NCBI GenBank assembly: GCA_964187785.1
Contig: OZ076420.1
Span: forward strand, 30,070,001-30,134,000
Direction: 5' to 3'
DNA length: 64,000 nucleotides
From: Amphiscolops sp. MND2022
Lineage: Eukaryota
Below the pieces are notes generated by a model, which saw only the letters and a list, made by a program, of their open reading frames with translations, ran no database searches and was not told the DNA's origin. Shown piece after piece: positions 14,099 through 23,072 of the stretch. A program made the translations under genes and the position numbers. How positions within the stretch are numbered: position 1 is the first letter of the stretch; each line of letters opens with the position of its first letter.

Positions 14099-14865
14099 GC
14101 CTATTCTTCCAATATTTTTCAATTTTTCTGGAATTTACTAGCTTATTTTTAAAAAATCTTGACTAGTCAACGTGGATCAGCGCACAAATATACAATACTT
14201 AAAACATCAAAATCAGAACAATCTTACCATCAGGTGCACCAATATAATTAGTAAGATGTTGAAAATGGCCCAAAGTGTCAAACTTATAAGTTCTGTCATA
14301 TTTGAAATGATATTTTTGGTGATTACTCAAGAGTTTGACTTTCGAAACAGCCTCCATTTAGCACTGTCAAGCGGCTTACGAATATCTTCAAAAATCAGAA
14401 GGAATTGGGTTATTAAATTTTGGCAGGTTCTGTTTCGAAACTTCTGAGTCATCTACAACACTTGCTAGCATGTCTGCGTGAACCACCCACCCAACTGAAT
14501 CCTAATCAACAAGGAAGGAAAACTGTTTTTAAATGCTTTCTGAAAAATGGCAATGACAAGTTTTTTCTCCAGATGTCTCTTTAATGGTCACTTTCTATAG
14601 GTACTTTCTACTAAGTTCATTCTGATATTTTTAGGCCTAGTGATTAGAACGTTAACCCAAAGATCAATCCAGCTCAAGTCCATTGTTTTGTTTCCATAAT
14701 CTATAAGAATAGCGTTCACGGATATAACGTATATATAGTGATACATTCCGGTTATAACGTAATATCGTTTTTCTAATTTTTGAGACTTGCTAAGAAGGAG
14801 TCCGTGTCCAAATCTAACCAACATAAGGGTCTTTATCTCCTCAAACTGATTCATATTAATGGCAG

Positions 14866-15549
14866 TCACTGTTTTTGGACATACAGTGTAAAAAGTGATT
14901 GAAGATTGTCGCGATTTTGTTCGCTGTTATATGAGTCTGTTGAACTCTCTCTAGACCTCAGTCTACTATTTTCCTGCGTAAAGCAGGTTTTGGGACGGTT
15001 TTCCCATAATTTCTGAGTATTTCCAACTTCGGCGTTCCGTTGTAGCCCACTGGACATTCGGTCCGTTACGGTGAAATCGGTCGGTCTTGGGCTCAGATGT
15101 GGCCCGTTGGACCCTCGGTCCACCATGGTGAAATCAAGTCTCCCCTGCGTTTCTAGCGTATTTTGAATAGCTGGAAGCACTGTATTTGTTATTGCAGCTG
15201 TGATAGCTTCCTGGACTTGAGAGTTCAAGCTAGTTTTGACCTCATTGAGTTTTCTAGACATTTGATTTGAGATTTCCTCATTAATCAACCTAGTGGTCTC
15301 AATTGTAATTTCGCTGTTTTCCCTACTATTGGTATTAAGCAAAGATCTGAAATCTTCACCTATAACGTTTGAACTTTGTTGTGGTCTACTAGACCCTGAA
15401 TCCAAATTCCCTTCGTTTTCGCTGATATTATTCTCCTCATCACATCTAGAGTAACTTCCAAGCATTATATCTACATTTTCTACGTCAGACATTATGTCCA
15501 ATTGCCTAGAGCGTCTCTCTTTGGCTTTCTGTCTCCTTGTTGATGGCAT
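14866..15549 (-). CDS. Orphan Gag N-terminal ORF in the 3' LTR (214 LTR codons plus 13 codons of host flank, 227 aa)
   Basis: Matches the Gag N-terminus (MPSTRRQKAK...SEQNRD, two amino-acid differences), then reads NLQSLFTLYVQKQ* from flanking DNA. Expression is unknown. Confidence 0.5.
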   Translation of the reverse strand: MPSTRRQKAKERRSRQLDIMSDVENVDIMLGSYSRCDEENNISENEGNLDSGSSRPQQSSNVIGEDFRSLLNTNSRENSEITIETTRLINEEISNQMSRKLNEVKTSLNSQVQEAITAAITNTVLPAIQNTLETQGRLDFTMVDRGSNGPHLSPRPTDFTVTDRMSSGLQRNAEVGNTQKLWENRPKTCFTQENSRLRSRESSTDSYNSEQNRDNLQSLFTLYVQKQ

Positions 15550-16557
15550 TGAACAAGCTTTGGAGATTAATAATGAATAGACAAACGGTCTATTATTCCA
15601 ATAAGTCTTGCAACGTAACAAATTGAATCAGCAGTGTATATAGTTGATAGTTTCACGAAATCAGAAAGAATCATCCTGGGGCCTACGGGTCCCCGCTATA
15701 TATACTTCACATTGCATGACCAGCAAAATTATGCTGGTCATGTTACTAATAATAGCTCCCGGGTTATGTTTTGATACATGACGTCAATATTACTACATCA
15801 AATTGCGGCTAAATATAGCATCAGGGCAAAATGGAGGGATTGACCAATGGTCTGTAAGTGTGACATTAGTTCTAAAATAAGCACTTTTGCTACAAATAGT
15901 TGCATGTTTACTTCAATATTTCATGTCTAACAAGTATCATAACAAACAAATCATCCATTAATACTGTATTAATAGACTTAAGGTCCGAGTAACTACATCA
16001 GCTTATTTAAATTGCAGCTCTAAAAGGTAATAACCGCCGCGGACTGACAGTACGCGCGGCTACAGTGAACATAATAGCATCAACTAATTGGCAGCTAATA
16101 ACACCGCGGTAGACCTTCGGTCCACGTGGCTACAGCAATAGTATTAATAAGAGTGTACAGCACGCTGATTGGTTTATTTAAGTAAGGCCGGTACGTACAC
16201 TGGTTGTCAGCAAGCGTTCATTTGAACACGTTTCCTAGTATTCAGCAAGCATTGCACGTATTACTTTACTTTCGATTGATTATATTACAAATTCATTCAA
16301 TCATTCAAACAGGTACAGGAGTCACCAATTAAGTATATCCCCGTAATGTAAAATTGAAAACTAAGATGTAGCCGTGTGGACCACAGGTCCGTCACGGTAA
16401 AAATATAAAATAGCACTATTTGGATAATATTAAACATAGTTTTGAGTTATTTTACCGTAAGTCTTTCAAATTGCCAATACTCCGGGTGGGGGATTAGATT
16501 CTACATATTCTTGGGGAATTTGATAATAATTCCCGTCACAGGCGGCAGCCTGCGACA
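14907..16557 (-). repeat. Element A 3' LTR (1651 bp)
   Basis: Direct repeat of 29292-30942. About 11 substitutions counted by eye, no indels seen. Confidence 0.96.
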
Positions 16558-16897
16558 CTCCCCCAGGGACTAGAAGTACTGTCCCTTGGTTCATTCCAGC
16601 TAAGTAAGCATCTCTTCGTCTCTGTTGGTCGTAATGCGTTTCGCCTCGTCTTGAAGTCGACTCAAGGTACGTCAGGACTGCAGTCTCGCGGATTTGTTCG
16701 TACGATCTGCCACACACAATGCAATCTCCATAAGCTGCAGCGTTCGGTTCACCACAGTTTGCTCCAATTCGCACACTAATCCCCTGAATGTGAGAGTTTA
16801 CGGGCACAGCAAAATCTGTCACATTGGGGCCAACGTAATCATAACGATTGTAGCTGGGCCCTTGTTCGCACAGAGGTGGAGAGAGCGGCGTGTCCAC
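16466..16897 (-). CDS. ORF-Z: accessory CxxC-containing protein of unknown function, running into the 3' LTR
   Basis: YGDCIVCGRSYEQI...RRDAYLAGMNQG aligns with element B's YSSCMVCGRSVDAI...RREAYLNGLNAG (45951-46445). The last ~30 codons lie in the LTR. The true start is uncertain. Confidence 0.7.
   Translation of the reverse strand: MDTPLSPPLCEQGPSYNRYDYVGPNVTDFAVPVNSHIQGISVRIGANCGEPNAAAYGDCIVCGRSYEQIRETAVLTYLESTSRRGETHYDQQRRRDAYLAGMNQGTVLLVPGGVSQAAACDGNYYQIPQEYVESNPPPGVLAI
16558..16564 (-). other. Short polypurine tract GGGGGAG of element A
   Basis: Directly abuts the TG start of the 3' LTR on the minus strand. Confidence 0.65.
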
Positions 16898-16969
16898 CTG
16901 AGGGACAAGTTTTGAGCACTGGTTGATTGGACAATTGTTCTCTCTGCCGATTGCGTCTGGGCCAGTTCC

Positions 16970-17287
16970 TCATTCGACTATTGCTGTTTTGAAATCTTCA
17001 GGCCAAAAGTCCGAAAAGTCGTCCCAGGGGAACTCGGGCAACCCGTCATCCACGCAGCTAGAGAGATCTGTAGTCATCTTGCGTGTGGCATTCTGTTTAG
17101 GTGGGGCAATTGGCACGTGGCGATAACAGGCGATGACTTCTATGTCACTGTCGTCCGAGTGACGTTCGGTCCCTTGCGCTGACACAGACAAGATGTCTAC
17201 ATCCATATCTTCCTCTTCCTCTGAAGAGAAGTAGGCTGGGCTGACCAAAGAATTGGCCAATTCGTCAATTGTGAATTGAGTTCCCAT
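16970..17287 (-). CDS. Acidic small ORF, in frame with ORF-Z (probably its 5' part)
   Basis: ATG start, in the same frame as 16897-16466 and separated by one TGA. NSL..Y.SSEEE is echoed in element B at ~45595-45660. Confidence 0.45.
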   Translation of the reverse strand: MGTQFTIDELANSLVSPAYFSSEEEEDMDVDILSVSAQGTERHSDDSDIEVIACYRHVPIAPPKQNATRKMTTDLSSCVDDGLPEFPWDDFSDFWPEDFKTAIVE

Positions 17288-18621
17288 CTGAGTTTTATAT
17301 TTTCTAAGGAGGATTTTCTTAGCAATTTTGAAGTTTGCTAGTGGTCAACTGGTTTGGCTTTTGAAATTTGACTGAATGATTTTCTTCTAGTTATTCGGAC
17401 TAGTGGTTTCACCCTTTTTCGCGGGAATCCCCAGCGGGGAAACCGTTTTTCATCTTCTCTAAATTCTTCCCAAACATTCCATATTTGTAATTTTACGGAA
17501 TTTCTAGAAGTAACAACTGAGGTAAATTTCATGTTAATTGGTCTCTGAGGGACTTGTAAGTTATTTGCACAACTACTTGATAGTAGTGAATAGGTGTAGT
17601 AAGTGTTAACTCAAGTTAACACTTGGTAAATAAATTCACCATCAAAGACCTTCGGTCCGCGCGGCTACATCAAATCAAGTAGCCAATGAGGTGTCGTTGA
17701 TAAATGAATGATGAAAATTGATGAAAAATGAATGAAAATGGCGATTTTCTAAACTAATGCTACTCTAAACTGAGAAATGATTCCCATAATTGAATAAAGA
17801 CATGAATATCACTGGCAGTCTCAATCCATGCTAAAAGGGATTATGGTTGACTAAAGGTAGTAAGGGGGAGTTACATAATTGGTACATGGATGTAAATGAA
17901 AGGAGTAATTAGTAGGCCACGACGTCCAAGTAAGATAATTAGTAATCTACAGTCTTTGAGACTTAAAATACAGTATTACTTGATTGTAAGTCTAATGAAG
18001 TTTGAAAGTATAAGTAATAGTATAATTCAGTAATTAACTTTCTGTGTCTGTGAACCAGTATCTTTCACTTCTCTCTCTGACAATACTTGAATTGTCTATT
18101 AACCCGTTGGGTATCGTAGTCTCCAATACAGATCTACCAATTCGTTACCTGCATTTCCCTGACTCAATTGGCGTGTGTCAACTCCAACTTAGTCACATTC
18201 GACTCCCCATCCGCGTTGGACCTACAGTATCCCTGGCCTCAGCAGACCCGCCAATTTGGTTGTCCTGTTTTGAGTAACTACCTGTCCCCTACGCTTTGAA
18301 TTCGCTCTACTGCTTACTGTCATAACAATCGGTTTTGTTGAACCCAACCGACCGGAGGTCTCAGTGGCCACAACATTAAGGCAGGAAAATCAGGAATATC
18401 CGCAGTTCTTCAGGAAGAGAAAACAGAATATCCTAGCTTCCATTCAACTAACTTCTCCGAGTAACAATTGGCGCAAAGAATTTCGCTATTCCATCATGGA
18501 CGTAACGTCAGGTTGGTTCTTTTAGTTTCGTCTAAACTAAATTTGATCAGGATTTAGCTTTGACTGATTTTACTTCCTCCATCGTGAAATCTTTTCAACT
18601 TTGGTTGAATTTTTGAACTGT

Positions 18622-18633
18622 ACTTCCGGAAGT
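18622..18633. promoter_or_regulatory. Palindromic ETS-type site ACTTCCGGAAGT just upstream of the antisense gene ATG
   Basis: 17 nt before ATG 18651. The equivalent position in element B retains ACTTCCGGAAAGT (44158-44170, minus). Confidence 0.45.
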
Positions 18634-18650
18634 TTTGACTAAGCGGCAAG

Positions 18651-21600
18651 ATGGACAAGTTTGCAGGAAGTGAACCGCGTAATTTCATTCCTTTCTATTT
18701 AGGCGAAAGGTCAAACGGCCAACCACGCCAAGTTCCGGCACAAGATAATGAAAATGAGGAACCTCCTATGAATCCTGCAACTGATGTAGCCGAAGAGACA
18801 GTTAGTCCGGGGACAACAGAAAACGAGTTGCCAACAGATCCTAGAACCCAATCTACTTCTGTTCATTTGCTTCCAAGTGCCATAGAAATCATTGAAGGAA
18901 CTTCTTCCCAAGGTTCAACTGAAAAAGACCCTTCCGAACCGATCGATTCGTCAACTGCTGCCTTGAAATCCTTTTCGTCAAACATCCCTCAGTCTCCTGA
19001 TTACTCACCATCGTTACTCAATCTTCTCAAGTCTGACAACAGCAGTTCAGGAGAGAGTGTGCAATCTTATTTTACGAAGAAGGTGTCAAGGATAGAAAAG
19101 GGCCTGAATGAAAGCCCATTGGTCGTCAGTCCTTCTAGTTCGCAGAAGGAAAGTGTCAGTGATCCAATCACCATTAATCCTGGCCCAAGCACACAAGTTG
19201 AAACAGACCTTGAGGCCGCCAAGCCAGAAGATGATACCCCCGCTCAGCAGCTGGACCCACTAGAAACTGAGTCTGAACATGAGGGTGGGCAGGTAGCTAG
19301 TAAAAGACCTAGAATAGGCAGTACTACTGCATTTGGTAGTTACCCCCAAACTGAATCCCAGCCAGCAAACCTCTCGGAAAACAAAGAGCCATCAGTCCAA
19401 TCGTCTGATGAAATGGAACTGGAGGGGGCCCAGGCTCATGCTGCATTGAGTAGTTCTGAATTTGCGGTTGACACTGACCATGATTCCATCACCAACCCTG
19501 CAGGGTCTACTATTGGTCAAGCATTGAAAGCCAGAACTAATAATCATGCTGCTGGGGTTAATGATACTGACGCTGCTTTTCTCCCAGTAGGTTTACCCAG
19601 TACGTCCCGAAATACTTTGCTGGGACCTAGCAGCCGAGCTTTAATCAAAGAGTTCTTCACAAACTCGGAGAAATTTGACTTCCCTAAAGGTCACCCAACT
19701 GTTGCTTTCACGGAGGACCAGATCAGCACAGTAATCAAGGCTGTTGCTGATGAGACCACCCGGTCCACCATTGGAATTATGGAGAGTCTAATTCAGAAAG
19801 CCAGTCAACTAAGGATTGGGCCTGATGATGATCTTGAGAATACCCCTAGTAAATCAGGAAGTCGGTACCCAAGAAGGGCAGGAAGTGTTTCGTCGGGACG
19901 GCATAGCGATACAAGTGGGGCCATTCGTAGCGATGATAATTTTTCCAGCATTGGCTACTCCTACGAGGGTTCAGATGTTGCTATGATCGACGTTCCTCCA
20001 GGAACCAGTGTTGGTGTTTCTTGTGGCTCACATGACCCAGCGTCCGACATGGAGATACCTGACGCAGACAGTCCCGGGACGCAAACTCTAGCTGCTTTGA
20101 AAGCTGAAGCCCTTGGAGCCAAAAATAAACATACCCGGAATAAGCGCGGCAAATTCACTTCAAAGCCTCAAGGTAGTAATACCCGTCGCAAGATCACTCG
20201 TTCATGCAAAATCATGAAAGAAGCATATTTCCAGGGTATGGAGTGGACTCGGACCTTCGTCTCTGGCCCGATGGACCCTCGGTGGAACCCCTATAAGTTC
20301 TACTGCCAAATTTGCAAGGCAAATATTTCAATTTACGGGAAAGGGGACCGAGAAATTTTACGCCACCATACCACGGAAAAGCATCTCCGTAAAGACCAAA
20401 GATGGAGATACGAGTATTTATGTACCGTTGATCCGGTTACTCGAGCGAAGATTCATCACGTGCGAGGAAAAGATGGAAAGTTGCTGACTCCTTATCAGTT
20501 AGAAATGGAGTTGCCAAATTTCATCAATGCTCCATTAGTTGAGATTGGAAAGAAGCTCCCATTTTACGACGAGTACATGGCTGGAGCTGATTACATGTCT
20601 TCCTCGTCTGGTAATCGGGCCCGAGTGCAACTCTCAGTCCTCGCAAATTTCCTTCCCTACAATGGTGACATCGAACTCTTGAAATCATTCTGGGGTGACG
20701 TGGGCGTGATCGTCAACCATCAGTCGCTGTTTATTGATTTTAATTGGGGAAAAGAACGACTAAGCGTAAGTTCTGGTTTATTTGATACTAATTTACCCTG
20801 ATGTAGACGTTTTAACTCCAAGGTTTGTTCATTCTTGAGTCTTGTTCTGTTTGGTTTCAGCTGCTATTTCATCACATGTTTCTGGAACTAGTGTCTGACG
20901 TTGCCACTCACGTGAACCTCAACCGAGAGTACTCTGTCGAATTTGCTGTCGATGGGGTCTTCCTCCTGATCTTCATTCGCTTTTGGAGAGCTGACGAGCT
21001 TTGCAGGGTTTTCCTCAAACGGACCAGTCGTCTCCAGGGCCTGATCAGTGCTGAGATGTGTCTCCTCTCGTACCTGATGGGTGCTGTGTCAACTACTCCC
21101 AAATTGATTTGCGCAACTGGGTGCAGTGCACGGACTGTCGAGCTGCTTGACCAGAGCCCTTACGGGACTTTCAGTATCCAAAGCCCACCCAGATTCGAGG
21201 AGCTTAATTTGTTCCAACTAATGCACAGGAAGTGCAGTAGCGTCTTTGGCAAAATAGACTTCTTCTCAGTCTTGCGATACTTGGTCATTTCGCTCGGGGG
21301 ATGTCTTGAACTCGATTGGGTCCTCCTATCCCCAGAGTTATCCAAAGTACGTATTGTCTTTCTAGTCAAACAGTCTTATATGTCGTAGTCATGTATTCCC
21401 ACAGTTGGTGTTTCTGGCACCCTCCGAGACTTCAACCTTATGTTCTTATTTGCAGGCAATTCGAACTGGACAACTTGACATTTGTGGGCTTCTTTCTCTT
21501 TGTCATGAACTTATGGACAATTGGTCTAAAGTCACTGCATACCTGAGTAAGCACGCCCCAACTCAAGAAAACCAAGCGGTCCGAAGACAGGTAATTCTTA

Positions 21601-22894
21601 AAACTTTGGTCAGGCTTCGCGTACCCTACGTCCACAGTGATATAGACTTTTGTTCTTTTAGCCCCAGAATTTAGAGTGGTCTATAGTACATGACGACTTG
21701 TTCCCTAGCAAACTGGAGTTATTCTACCGATTGATAAGGGATTGTTAGTTATCTTCCTTTTAGTTTCACCTAAGTTCTGCGCATTAGTCCTCAAGGTTCC
21801 TACTTCTTGTTTCAGATACTGGCAGTTTCACTCTCAATTTGAAGTCTAGAAGGGACCGCGGCTTTCATGTGTATAAAGAGCTCTGCCAATTTTTATTCAA
21901 GCTCGGGCGTCGCTGTGTACGGACTAGTGGTCTTCCAGCCGAGAACGACTTTCAGGCTCTCCTCAAACTCTCCTTTCCAGATGCAAAGGCTTTGAGTGTG
22001 GAAGATTTTATCAGCCGCTCCAAGTTAGAAGCGAGACTCAAAGTTGGATCCAAGTTGAAGGCTGAGAAGGAAATGACTGAGGAGAAGAACAAAGGTTTAT
22101 CGCTTGCCGAAGTCACCGCCTCCATTCAGGAAGAATTTGGTCGACTAGCCCGAGGGTACGTAGCCAATCTACTGAATTCTACACAAGCACTTTCGCGCTT
22201 TACATCAGACATCGTCAGAGGTTTAGGTTCCTTCGATCTTGAAATTCTATTGGTTGATCCTGTTGAGCAGGCTAGTTACTGTTTTAAACAACTTTTTACG
22301 AGCTTCAGACTGCGGGGTGTCTTCCAATCCGATGAGGAGAGTATTTATCTGGAAGAATATTTATCTTTCATTGATGAATTACGCCGAGTTCACCCAGAAG
22401 TCCAGCAGCCAAAACTGTTGATAAATGATGCCGTCTATTTTATTTCTCAGCAGGAATTTTTAAAGCCAAGACGACACCTCACCCGAATTTTCCAGCTAAG
22501 TTGCCTCTGCTTGGATGAGCCGAGATTCTCTTTCCCTGCTGTCCGGTTTGGATCAGTGCGAACGCACGAGCCTACTTGCAGTATGTTTGATATAGTTGCT
22601 CCAATTCAATCCTACTACGGGAGTGTTGCACGCGGACTTGACAATCTTATCTCCGAAGCATCTATTGAGCGTTTGTTGGGTTTGGAACAGACCTTTGGGA
22701 CGACTGGCCTCAGCAACACATATAGTCCATGGGATGGCATTGATCGCTTTGGCCGAGACCGAATCAGAGACGCTATCCATACCAAAGCTCCAGTTCGACA
22801 TAAGGTCACTATTGCTACTGGAGTCTCTTCTGATCAGCCCGAAAGCAGTAGGAGTACAAAGTCTTCAAGTCCTAAGAAGTCCGTTAAGTTCTAA
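18651..22894 (+). CDS. Antisense cargo gene of element A: 5 exons, 1315 aa, C2H2/BED-like zinc finger plus hAT-transposase-like body
   Basis: join(18651-20765, 20861-21346, 21405-21590, 21662-21743, 21816-22894). Introns are 95, 58, 71 and 72 nt, all GT-AG, phases 0, 0, 0, 1, with no internal stop. Zinc finger CQIC-x16-H-x5-H at 20304-20384. The hAT assignment comes from motif resemblance only. Confidence 0.85.
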
Positions 22895-23072
22895 TTGTAC
22901 AAAGTGTACAATTGTAACATGAACAACTTTGTTGTGTAATGTTTTGATGTCGTTTTCATTTTGTATTTATTATTTACGTTGTTATGTTATTAGTCTATCG
23001 GTCTATCAGTCGAATGAGTCCCAGAAAAGATATTGTTATTCTTTAAGAGGGGACAGTAATTTACGTATCTGA

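Noticed and set aside
13421-14152. Several overlapping ORFs in this block (and 347-619)
   Set aside because: Low-complexity frames within the interspersed Helentron-like repeat; no protein motifs.
14588-14869. 93 aa ORF just downstream of the 3' LTR orphan ORF
   Set aside because: No recognisable motif or homologue in the window, so it cannot be supported.
20825-22894. ORFs 20825-21388, 21405-21674 and 21839-22894 as separate genes
   Set aside because: They start at non-ATG codons and are bounded by phase-compatible splice sites; they are exons 2, 3 and 5 of one gene.
16466-22894. An env gene in the extra region
   Set aside because: No signal peptide, furin site or transmembrane anchor pattern in the sense ORFs, and the large gene is antisense.
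17530-23072. Cargo as a recently inserted autonomous hAT transposon
   Set aside because: No terminal inverted repeats or 8 bp TSD found, catalytic motifs look degenerate, and the same gene sits at the same position in diverged element B.
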